Origin: Syntrophobacterales bacterium Delta_01
GTDB lineage: Bacteria; Desulfobacterota; Syntrophobacteria; Syntrophobacterales; Syntrophobacteraceae
Direction: 5' to 3'
Length of the DNA stretch: 54,072 nt
NCBI GenBank assembly: GCA_001603845.1
Contig: LUZZ01000012.1
Location: 1 to 54,072, forward strand
Shown here: in pieces, positions 42,302-50,613 of the stretch
How the letters are laid out: the number at the start of each line of letters is the position of its first letter
Position numbering within the stretch: the first letter of the stretch is position 1
Translations under genes and position numbers: made by a program
Notes under the pieces: model-generated
Database searches by the model: none
The model's input: the letters and a program-made list of their open reading frames with translations, nothing else
What the model was told of the DNA's origin: nothing

Positions 42302-42685
42302 TCAGGCGCCATTGAGGGTTTCCATGATCCCCAGCACCTCGTCATTTTGAAAAGGTTTACTCATAAAGCCGCTGATCAGGCCGGATTCGAGGGCTTTCTG
42401 CACGCTCGCATCGTCTTTGTAAAAGTACCCCGAAATCATTACGATGCACGTTCCGGGGTGCAACAGGCGAATCTGTTTTGCCAGATCGAGCCCTTCCATA
42501 TCCGGCAGCTTGGCATCCAGGAAGACGAGGGGGAAACCGCTCGACACCATCAAATCAAGGGCCTCCCGGGCCGTGAGGGCAACCAGTGCATCGAAGCCCT
42601 TTTTCGTCAGTACATGATGCAGCACCCAGCACATGTCCGGCTCATCATCCACTATGAGAGACGTCGTCTTTCCGGGACTCATCAT
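42302..42685 (-). CDS. stand-alone response-regulator receiver (CheY-like)
   Basis: 127 aa. LIVDDEPDM...VFLDAKLPDMEGL...VMISGY...KPF receiver motifs. No output domain. Confidence 0.88.
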   Translation of the reverse strand: MMSPGKTTSLIVDDEPDMCWVLHHVLTKKGFDALVALTAREALDLMVSSGFPLVFLDAKLPDMEGLDLAKQIRLLHPGTCIVMISGYFYKDDASVQKALESGLISGFMSKPFQNDEVLGIMETLNGA

Positions 42686-42696
42686 CCATTACCTTT

Positions 42697-44175
42697 TCAA
42701 AACGCCGGGAGCGTAACGGTAAAGGTGCTCCCCCTGCCTTCCGTACTCTCTACCTCGATGGAGCCGAAATGGTGCCTCACGATCGAATAACAAATCGAGA
42801 GCCCCAGCCCGCTTCCCTTGCCTACCGGCGAAGTCGTGTAGAAGGGATCGAATATCTTGTCGATGTCCGCTTTGTGGATGCCGGTTCCCGTGTCCGCAAT
42901 GCGCACCACCGCTTCGTTTCCCTTTTTTTCCACGGAGATGTTCAGGCGTCCCCCGTCCGGCATGGAGTTGATCGCGTTCAAAAAGAGGTTCATGAACACC
43001 TGCTGCAGGAGGCTCTCGACGCCCGGGATCATCACGGGTTCCCGCAAAGCGCTGCAGCCCACCTCGATTTTCTGTATCTTGGCCTGGGTGGCGACCAGCG
43101 TGCGGGTTTCTTCCACCAAAGAGCACAAGTCTATCAAGGCGACGTTGGTCCTCGCCGACGGGTGTGCGAACCTCAGGAGGTTTTCGATGATGACCGAGGC
43201 CCTCTGGATCCCGGCGTGGATCTTATGCGCGCACTCTTTCCGAAACTCGGGAGTAATGTTTTCTTCCATGAGGAACTGGGCGCCCGAAGAGCAGATGGCG
43301 AGAGGATTTCGGATTTCGTGCGCTATGCCTCCGGCCATCACCCCCAGTGCCGCCAGCTTCTGCGACTGCAACAGTTGCATCTCCAGTTTGCGGCGCTCGG
43401 TGAGGTCCCTTCCCACCATGACAAGTCCCACCGACTGCGACGGCCCTTCCTTCAAAGGGGAAAGGACCCAATAGACGGGGATGAGGTCTCCCGTCTTTGT
43501 CAGCAGGTCCCATTCGGCCATGACGGAATTCTGCCGCGTGTTCATTTCGGCCAGGACCGACCTGACTTCCTGGTGACGGTCTTCGGTGCAGTATTCGACG
43601 AAATACTTCCCTTTGGTCTCATCGAAGGCATAGCCCGAGATACACTCGGCGGCCCTGTTCCATGAGAGTATCCTGCCCTCGGTGTCCGTGGAGATGATGA
43701 TGTCGTTGGCGCACTCGACCACGCTCGCAAGGTGCCGCTCCAGGCGGCGAACGTCCTCGCTCAGGCGGATCTGTTCCGTTACGTCCTCCATCAGGAGCAT
43801 GGCGCTCTCTACGGCCCCCTCCCACGAGAAAGGAAGGATGATGTAATAGTAGACTCGCATCGGCAGGGCGGGCGCCCTATAGGTCAAACGTTCCCCCGAT
43901 GTCGGGCGGTTTTCCCTGAAGACCTGCCGAATGCGCCGCCCTATGTCCATGCGTTCGAGAATGGTGGCCGGAAATACCCGCTCCAGGGGATGACCGACCG
44001 TATCGGACTTCGAGCGCTTGCTTTTCTCTAAAAAATTCCTGTTCGCGCTGACGATGCGCATCTCCCGGTCGATCAGCAGGACGGAACTCGGAATCGCGTC
44101 GAGAAGCATCGTGTAGAGCTTTTCGTGCCTTTCAAGGGAATCCCGGCTTGAGATTTCCCAACGATCAGTGTTCAT
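42697..44175 (-). CDS. PAS-domain sensor histidine kinase
   Basis: Two PAS-like segments (IVSANRNFL..., ILSWNRAAECISGY). H-box GIAHEIRNPL. HATPase N/G boxes (NLFLNAINSM, DTGTGI, GSGLGLSI). Confidence 0.9.
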   Translation of the reverse strand: MNTDRWEISSRDSLERHEKLYTMLLDAIPSSVLLIDREMRIVSANRNFLEKSKRSKSDTVGHPLERVFPATILERMDIGRRIRQVFRENRPTSGERLTYRAPALPMRVYYYIILPFSWEGAVESAMLLMEDVTEQIRLSEDVRRLERHLASVVECANDIIISTDTEGRILSWNRAAECISGYAFDETKGKYFVEYCTEDRHQEVRSVLAEMNTRQNSVMAEWDLLTKTGDLIPVYWVLSPLKEGPSQSVGLVMVGRDLTERRKLEMQLLQSQKLAALGVMAGGIAHEIRNPLAICSSGAQFLMEENITPEFRKECAHKIHAGIQRASVIIENLLRFAHPSARTNVALIDLCSLVEETRTLVATQAKIQKIEVGCSALREPVMIPGVESLLQQVFMNLFLNAINSMPDGGRLNISVEKKGNEAVVRIADTGTGIHKADIDKIFDPFYTTSPVGKGSGLGLSICYSIVRHHFGSIEVESTEGRGSTFTVTLPAF

Positions 44176-44989
44176 CTTTTCTCCACCACGAGGAAGAACC
44201 GCACGCCGGCCCCCTCTTTGCCACGCGCTGCGCGATGGCGGCCGGGTCCTGCGGTTCCTCCGGGAGAACGAAGTTGTAGGGAGCCCACGGTCCGCTCAGG
44301 AGAAGCCCCGCGGAATCCCGGGCATCGAGGACATGAAATCTCCTGCGGAATTCCCCCACGGATTCTGCCGGAATCAGGAAGTGGAGCGAGATCAGGGAAG
44401 GGGGGAGAGCGAAGCGCCCTCCGCGGGTATTTCCGTCTTCTATGTGCAACTTGGCGAAAAGTCCGTCAAAAGCCTTCCGGACCCTTTCGACTGCTGCCGC
44501 TTGCGCTTCGGAGATTCTTTCTTTTTGAGAGTAGTACGCTCTTCTGGCTGCAAGGTAGCTGCGGCCGGATTCGCCGGAATGCGGGTCTTGCGCGCCGGGC
44601 GGCAAAACAGGCACGTCCCGGGATATGCATTCCCCGGAGGACGGCAGGATGCGTATTCCCATCTCCACGCGGCCTTCCAGTTCTTTCAGAAGAGCCCGGT
44701 AACGGCTGCCGTGCTCCCGGAGATGCCGGACAAGCGCGCGTTCTTCATCCAGCGCGCAGCCGTAGCGGACCGGGACTACCGTCAAGTCACGGTGCAGAAA
44801 GGCGATCACCCTTTCATAGGCAAGGACTCGAGATTGATCCGGGACGAGGTCCGGAAGGCTGATGCGGGAGACCGCCGCGCTCAGGCCGTCGGCCGTTACG
44901 AACAGGACGGGCTGCGCGTTGACACCGGCAAGGGAACAGGGCTTGCCGTCCCTGCGGCCCTGCAGGATGCAATAGAGCAGGAAGCTCAA
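44165..44989 (-). CDS. GvpF/GvpL-family gas vesicle protein (paralogue 2)
   Basis: MSFLLYCILQG...LSAAVSRISLPDL...VLAYERVI...LLSGPWAPYNF. Overlaps the kinase start by 11 nt. Confidence 0.85.
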   Translation of the reverse strand: MSFLLYCILQGRRDGKPCSLAGVNAQPVLFVTADGLSAAVSRISLPDLVPDQSRVLAYERVIAFLHRDLTVVPVRYGCALDEERALVRHLREHGSRYRALLKELEGRVEMGIRILPSSGECISRDVPVLPPGAQDPHSGESGRSYLAARRAYYSQKERISEAQAAAVERVRKAFDGLFAKLHIEDGNTRGGRFALPPSLISLHFLIPAESVGEFRRRFHVLDARDSAGLLLSGPWAPYNFVLPEEPQDPAAIAQRVAKRGPACGSSSWWRKDEH

Positions 44990-45004
44990 AGGAACGCCTC
45001 CCTT

Positions 45005-45808
45005 CTACAGGGACGGGCAAAAGCTGTAGGGGGGCCACGGCCCGGAGAACTCCAGGACCAGCCCCTGGGCTGCAAAGCGCTCATTCGCCAGGGCGATCCG
45101 CGTCCGGAAATCCCGCACGGCATCCCGCGGAACCAGAAAGGTCCAGTTCAGGATCATCTCCTTTCCCCCTCCTACGGCCTCGCGAGAAAGCACCTTGCGC
45201 TCGCGCATTTCCTCTGCAATGCGGGCCAGCTCCCCCGCCAAAATTTCACACCTTTCCCGCACCAGGCAATGCAGCTCATGAGCCCCTTTCTTGCGGATTT
45301 GCCGTTCCTGCAAATACCGGGTGCCGGGCGAGGCCGAAAGGCGCTCCGATTGCGACGAGAGCAGACCTCCGGTATACTCTTCTTCGGCCCGGGACCTGTT
45401 TAGGAGCCCCTTGACCGACCATTCTTCCTTATCCGCTACCCTGTCCAGGAAATGCCCGATTGTCCCGCAGTGCTCTTCCATTCGTCCCCAAAGGCTTTGG
45501 CGGGAGCCAAAAATGGTGCCGAGCCTTACCGGCAGTACGGGAGAGCGGCGCATAACCCGCTCGATAACCTCCTCATGCCGATAGGCGCGCAATCCCACCC
45601 ACGCGAGGTCCATCATTTTCTCTTCGGAGGAATACCCGCCACATTCCTCCCGCGGCAGCGAACTCGCCACGGCGGCGATATCCCCCCGGGTCAGCACGAA
45701 AAGAGAGCTTTTGCCGTCCACTCCATTCCCCTCAACGGCTGAAATCAGGGCCGAACGGGCGAAACAAAACAAGTAGATCGCTTCCGGATCCGGGTCCATC
45801 CGTATCAC
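45005..45808 (-). CDS. GvpF/GvpL-family gas vesicle protein (paralogue 3)
   Basis: AIYLFCFAR...DIAAVASSLP...RAYRHEEVIERVM...EFSGPWPPYSF. The start is GTG 45808 or ATG 45799. Confidence 0.85.
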   Translation of the reverse strand: MIRMDPDPEAIYLFCFARSALISAVEGNGVDGKSSLFVLTRGDIAAVASSLPREECGGYSSEEKMMDLAWVGLRAYRHEEVIERVMRRSPVLPVRLGTIFGSRQSLWGRMEEHCGTIGHFLDRVADKEEWSVKGLLNRSRAEEEYTGGLLSSQSERLSASPGTRYLQERQIRKKGAHELHCLVRERCEILAGELARIAEEMRERKVLSREAVGGGKEMILNWTFLVPRDAVRDFRTRIALANERFAAQGLVLEFSGPWPPYSFCPSL

Positions 45809-45823
45809 GCCTCCATCCCGATT

Positions 45824-45871
45824 CCCGAGCAGCGCTCCATGCCCCGGCCGGGCCGCGGGGCGCTGCTCGGG
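45824..45871 (-). promoter_or_regulatory. 12-bp-stem GC hairpin between the Cdc48-like gene and gvpF/L
   Basis: cccgagcagcgc (45824-45835) / gcgctgctcggg (45860-45871), 24-nt loop. No U-tract. Confidence 0.5.
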
Positions 45872-45890
45872 CGGTGTCCTTCCGGACCTT

Positions 45891-48029
45891 CTATGGCTTG
45901 TTGACTTCCTGCAGTGCGGCTTCGATATCTTCTGCCTCGATGAGCACGTGGACTTCGGCAGCGGGATTTTCCCGGAGGGCCTGGATGACGCGTCTGATGG
46001 CCCTGAGGCCGGCCAGGCTGCAAACCGACTCGATTTCTGCGCCGCTGAACCCCTCGGTCTTCAATGAGAGTTCCCGCGCGCTGATGCCGCCCGCAAGGGG
46101 TTTTTTGCGAAAATGTACGCTGAAAATCTTCTCCCGGTCTTCCCGGTTCGGAAGCGGGATTTCAATGATTTCGTCGAACCGGCCCGGCCTTGTGATCGCC
46201 GGATCGAGCATATCCGACCGATTCGTCGCACCGAGCACCAGGACTCCTTTCAACTCCTCGATGCCGTCGAGTTCGGTGAGGAACTGGCTGAGCACGCGTT
46301 CGGCCACATGGGAGTCTGAAGCGCCGCCGGCGCGCAAAGGAACCAGGGCATCGATTTCATCGAAAAAGAGGATGCAGGGCGATGCCTGCCTGGCCTTCCG
46401 GAACACCTCCCGCACTCCCCTTTCCGACTCCCCCACGTATTGTGACAGAAGAGCGGGGCCTTTGACCGCGATGAAGTTCACGTTGCTTTCGTTGGCTATC
46501 GCCTTGGCCAACAGGGTCTTGCCGCACCCCGGCGGGCCGAAAAGCAGAATGCCCTTGGGCGGTTTGATTCCGCCCTGCTCGAAGACCGCGGGGAACTGCA
46601 GGGGCCACTCGACGGCTTCGATCAGGCGGTCTTTGACCTCCGAGAGCCCGCCCACGTCCTCCCAGCTCAGGTCGGGCACTTCGACGAACACCTCGCGGAT
46701 GGCCGACGCCTCGACGTCTCGAAGCGCGGAGACAAAATCCCCCATGTGCACCTCGAGCTTTACGATCTGCTCGTAGGGGACGCTGGCCAGGGAAAAATCG
46801 ATGTCCGGCATGATGCGCCGCAGGGAACTCATGGCCGCTTCCCGGCAAAGCGACTCCAGGTCGGCGCCGACAAAACCGTGGGTAATCTCGGCGAGGTGTG
46901 CCAGGTCCACGTCCGGAGTCAACGGCATGCCGCGGCTGTGGATCTCCAGGATTTCAAGCCTCCCGTTCCGGTCGGGGATCGGAATGGCGATCTCCCTGTC
47001 GAACCGCCCGGGACGGCGCAGGGCCGGATCGAGAAGATGGGGGAGGTTGGTGGCCGCGATGACGATGAGGTTCTGGCGCCGGGTGAGTCCGTCCATGAGG
47101 GCCAGGAGCTGCGCCACCACCCGCTTTTCCACGTCCCCGATCACCCGCTCCCGCTTGGGGGCGATGGCGTCGATCTCGTCGAGGAAAATGATGCTGGGAC
47201 CCTTGCGGGCGGCTTCTTCGAAAATCTTTCGCAGGTGCGCTTCGCTCTCCCCGTAGAACTTGTGTATGATCTCGGGGCCGCCCACGGAAAAGAAATTCGC
47301 GTCGGTTTCATTGGCGATGGCCCGCGCGATGAGGGTCTTGCCGCATCCGGGAGGCCCGTGGAGCAGGACTCCTCTGGGCGCATCGATCCCCAACCGCTCG
47401 AACACCTCCGGATAGCGCAGCGGCAGTTCGATCATCTCCCGTATCCGGTGGAGCTGCGGCTTGAGCCCCCCGATATCCTCGTAGGACACCGTACCCGTGG
47501 CCCTTTCTTCCTGCGCTTTTCCAACCATGAGCACGGTGTTGGGAACGATCATAACGGGGCCCTTCGGGGTCGTGCTCTCCACCTTGAAATTGGCGGAACG
47601 GCTGCCGAACAGCGTGGCCCGGATGCGGTCTCCTTCAACAGCCGGCAGCCCGTCCAGCAGGCTGCCGATATACGCCAGGTCGCGATCCGCCGGCATGATG
47701 TCCGTCGGTGCGAGGATGACGCGTTCGGCGTGACGGCAGGCGATCCTGCTCACGGAAACGACCTCGTTGATTCCGGCCCCCGAGTTTTCCCTGGTCAGCC
47801 CGTCCAACTGCACCCACGACCGGCCTCTAATTTCCTTATAGGCCGGCATTGCCTTGCAGACGGTCTTCCGCTTTCCGGCGACTTCCACGATGTCGCCGAT
47901 CTCCGCCCCCAGCCTCTTCAGGTCTTCCGGGTCCATGCGCGCATAGGCGCGCCCGACGTCCTTGGGGAGGGCTTCGGTGACCTTCAGCTTGAGTTCCGTT
48001 TTTCTTGAGCCGTTCATAAGCACCACCAT
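45891..48029 (-). CDS. Cdc48/VAT-type double-ring AAA+ ATPase
   Basis: 712 aa. Cdc48-like N-domain (LKVTEALPKDVGRAYARMDPEDLKRLG...GDIVEV). Two AAA modules, each with GPPGCGKTL Walker A and a DEID Walker B. Confidence 0.92.
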   Translation of the reverse strand: MVVLMNGSRKTELKLKVTEALPKDVGRAYARMDPEDLKRLGAEIGDIVEVAGKRKTVCKAMPAYKEIRGRSWVQLDGLTRENSGAGINEVVSVSRIACRHAERVILAPTDIMPADRDLAYIGSLLDGLPAVEGDRIRATLFGSRSANFKVESTTPKGPVMIVPNTVLMVGKAQEERATGTVSYEDIGGLKPQLHRIREMIELPLRYPEVFERLGIDAPRGVLLHGPPGCGKTLIARAIANETDANFFSVGGPEIIHKFYGESEAHLRKIFEEAARKGPSIIFLDEIDAIAPKRERVIGDVEKRVVAQLLALMDGLTRRQNLIVIAATNLPHLLDPALRRPGRFDREIAIPIPDRNGRLEILEIHSRGMPLTPDVDLAHLAEITHGFVGADLESLCREAAMSSLRRIMPDIDFSLASVPYEQIVKLEVHMGDFVSALRDVEASAIREVFVEVPDLSWEDVGGLSEVKDRLIEAVEWPLQFPAVFEQGGIKPPKGILLFGPPGCGKTLLAKAIANESNVNFIAVKGPALLSQYVGESERGVREVFRKARQASPCILFFDEIDALVPLRAGGASDSHVAERVLSQFLTELDGIEELKGVLVLGATNRSDMLDPAITRPGRFDEIIEIPLPNREDREKIFSVHFRKKPLAGGISARELSLKTEGFSGAEIESVCSLAGLRAIRRVIQALRENPAAEVHVLIEAEDIEAALQEVNKP

Positions 48030-48035
48030 CCGCGT

Positions 48036-48572
48036 TCAGTGTTTCCCGCATTTGATTTCCACGATCCCGTGCTTGCAGGAGACCGAAATCTGGTCTTTTC
48101 GAAACGTGCCCGGAAGGAGTATCTCCTTGCGGTATTTCTTGTTTCCCCTCTGGGCCGAGAGAGTCAGAACATCGTCCACGAGGTCCAGTTGAACGTCTTC
48201 GGCCTCGATTCCGGGCATCTCCGCGACGATCAGCACGTGGTCCTCCTCTTCGAAAACATCCACCAGCGGTTCCCGGATCTCACGGACCACGGACTTGCCC
48301 GTCGCTTTGTCCTTGCCGATATTGCCGAAGGGCCGGACTTCGACTTCCTCCCCGCCAAGACCCACCTTGACGGAAAACCCGAAAATTCCCTTCCCCTCCT
48401 TCTTGCCGCCCTCCCATTGAAACTCGCCGCTCTTGGAGAGCTGCTCTCCTTTTTCAGCCAGATCGCTCAGCCTTTCCACAAGGTCGCTCAAGCCCCTGAA
48501 GATCCCTTCAATGCCTCCGCCGGCTTCTTCACCCTTTTTCGTACGTTTACCTTTCGTCATCTGTGTCTCCAC
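48036..48572 (-). CDS. Hsp20/alpha-crystallin family protein (GvpH-like position)
   Basis: 178 aa. C-terminal ACD: VDVFEEEDHVLIVAEMPGIEAEDVQLDLVDDVLTLSA...GIVEI. Confidence 0.85.
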   Translation of the reverse strand: METQMTKGKRTKKGEEAGGGIEGIFRGLSDLVERLSDLAEKGEQLSKSGEFQWEGGKKEGKGIFGFSVKVGLGGEEVEVRPFGNIGKDKATGKSVVREIREPLVDVFEEEDHVLIVAEMPGIEAEDVQLDLVDDVLTLSAQRGNKKYRKEILLPGTFRKDQISVSCKHGIVEIKCGKH

Positions 48573-49962
48573 CCGATTGGATTCCGTAGTGTTTTACTTT
48601 CGAAAAGATCGTCTTGTAGTCCACCTTGAGTATTCGGGCAGCCCTGGCCTTGTTCCCTCCGGTATGCTTCAACACCTCCCGGATGACCTCCCGCTCCAGG
48701 GCTTCCGTTCCCTGGCGTACCAACTCCTTCAAAGGCACCTCTTTCCATGCCGCCCGGAACTTATTTTGCGCAGGTTTCGGCACGGGCGGCTCCGCATCGG
48801 CAATGTCGAGATGCCCTTCGTTGATGAGGCGGTCGGCGACGAGGACGGCACGACGGATAACGGAGCGCAGTTGCCTCACGTTTCCGGGCCAGTTGTGCGC
48901 AACCAGCTTCTGGACGGCGCCCTCCGAGAACCCCTCCACCTTCTTGTGCAGTTCCCGGTTCGTTTTATCCAGGAAGAGCTTGGCAAGGTACGGGATGTCC
49001 TCCCTGCGCTCACGCAGGGGAGGAATGTTCAGCGTGAACTCGTTCAAGCGGAAGAAGAGGTCGAGTCGGAATGCTCCCGTCTTGGCCAGTTCCAGCAAGT
49101 CCCTGTTGGAGGCCGCAAGAAGGCGGACATCCACGGCAATGGGCTCCCGGGCGCCGACGGGGCTGGCTTTCTTTTCCTGGATCGCGCGAAGCAGCTTGGC
49201 CTGGGAACCCAGGGGCATGTTTGAAATCTCGTCCAGGAACAGGGTCCCGCCTCGCGCCACCTCGAATTTACCCGGCTTTCGGGCTACCGCTCCCGTAAAA
49301 GCCCCCCTTTCGTGGCCGAACAGCTCGCTTTCCAGAAGCGTTTCCGGTATCGACCCGCAATCGACCGGGACAAAAGGCCCGGTCCGCGGACTGGCCAGGT
49401 GGATGGCGCGGGCAACGAGCTCCTTTCCCGACCCCGTCTCTCCGTGAATGACCACGCTGAAATCGGAGCGCGCCACCAGATTGACATCGGAAATGAGGCG
49501 AGCGACCACGTCGCTGTGTCCCATGGTTTGCCGCAGGTGCGAGGCGTCCTGCTCATGGGCCGAAAGATGCTTTATCGTCTGTTTCAGCCTGCGCTCCGCC
49601 AACGCCCTGCGCACGACCCGGACGACTTCGTAGTGGTTGAACGGTTTGGCCAGGTAGTCGTGGGCCCCGGCCCTCATTGCCTCCACCGCCCCGGGGACGT
49701 CGGCATACCCGGTGATCATGATGACCGGAAGCTCAGGATGTTTTTCCTTGAGACTCCGCATTACCTGCATCCCGTCCATGCCCGGCATCTTGAAATCCAG
49801 AAGGAGGACGTCGGGTTCCTTGGATGTGATCGAATCGAGCGCCGCCGCCCCATGGTTGACCGTCTCGACTTCAAAACTCTCCTCCCTCATGAGACGGGCA
49901 AGTATCGAACAGTGGGCTTCCTCATCGTCGGCTACCAGGATCCTGGCTTCAAACTCACTCAT
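48547..49962 (-). CDS. sigma-54-dependent response regulator (REC-AAA+-Fis HTH, NtrC family)
   Basis: REC (ILVADDEE...LLLDFKMPGMDG). AAA+ with GETGSGKE and the ESELFGHERGAFTGA (GAFTGA) motif. C-terminal HTH GGNKARAARILKVDYKT. Confidence 0.93.
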   Translation of the reverse strand: MSEFEARILVADDEEAHCSILARLMREESFEVETVNHGAAALDSITSKEPDVLLLDFKMPGMDGMQVMRSLKEKHPELPVIMITGYADVPGAVEAMRAGAHDYLAKPFNHYEVVRVVRRALAERRLKQTIKHLSAHEQDASHLRQTMGHSDVVARLISDVNLVARSDFSVVIHGETGSGKELVARAIHLASPRTGPFVPVDCGSIPETLLESELFGHERGAFTGAVARKPGKFEVARGGTLFLDEISNMPLGSQAKLLRAIQEKKASPVGAREPIAVDVRLLAASNRDLLELAKTGAFRLDLFFRLNEFTLNIPPLRERREDIPYLAKLFLDKTNRELHKKVEGFSEGAVQKLVAHNWPGNVRQLRSVIRRAVLVADRLINEGHLDIADAEPPVPKPAQNKFRAAWKEVPLKELVRQGTEALEREVIREVLKHTGGNKARAARILKVDYKTIFSKVKHYGIQSGGDTDDER

Positions 49963-50613
49963 CTATTCCGTTCCTTTGCCGCCCGGAGCATCCAGTGCGG
50001 GCATCGTGACCCGAATGTCTTCGTCAAGAAGACCTTGGAGCGAGTGAAGCATACCCAGGAAAAGAATGCCCGTTTCACCACCGCGAAGAGTGGCGTTGAT
50101 CCGGGCGGCGATAAAACGGTCCCGCCTTTTGAGCAGCGTTTCAGCCTCGCCTGTCCCGAGGGTCCCGGCCTTGGAAACCGGGCGGCGTCCGGGCGGCGAA
50201 AGGCTCTGACGAATATTTTCATATTCTTCCCTGAGCAATTCGCTCGACTCGGTCCCCATGAGGATCGCGCCTTTTTCAATCAACCGCACCAGCAGGCGGT
50301 GATTCCGGCTCCCTTTCCCGGCGAGTTCTTCTACGATTTCGCGCTCCCGTCCACACACCGGAAGCCCGTCCTGGTAGAGACGGACTTTATCGAACGAAAG
50401 CCCGGATCGCTCGACAACCCGCTCGATTTCACTCCACCTTTGATCGATCGCCCTCAACTTCTGCCTCCACGCCTTGGCGCCCAGCCTGCTCGCCGTTGCA
50501 CGCTGCACGGCCTCGCTGAGATTTCCCATATCTTCCAGGGTGTGGATGATGGGGATATGAATGAGCCTCCTCGCGCCTGCCGCGCCATCCCTTTCCTCTC
50601 TTTTTTCCTCCAT
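49963..50613 (-). CDS. hypothetical protein with weak TraB/PrgY/Tiki-superfamily-like motifs; first ORF of the locus
   Basis: 216 aa. The stop abuts the activator ATG (49962/49963). Motifs IHIPIIHT ... RRDRFIAARI ... ILFLGMLH. Confidence 0.55.
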   Translation of the reverse strand: MEEKREERDGAAGARRLIHIPIIHTLEDMGNLSEAVQRATASRLGAKAWRQKLRAIDQRWSEIERVVERSGLSFDKVRLYQDGLPVCGREREIVEELAGKGSRNHRLLVRLIEKGAILMGTESSELLREEYENIRQSLSPPGRRPVSKAGTLGTGEAETLLKRRDRFIAARINATLRGGETGILFLGMLHSLQGLLDEDIRVTMPALDAPGGKGTE

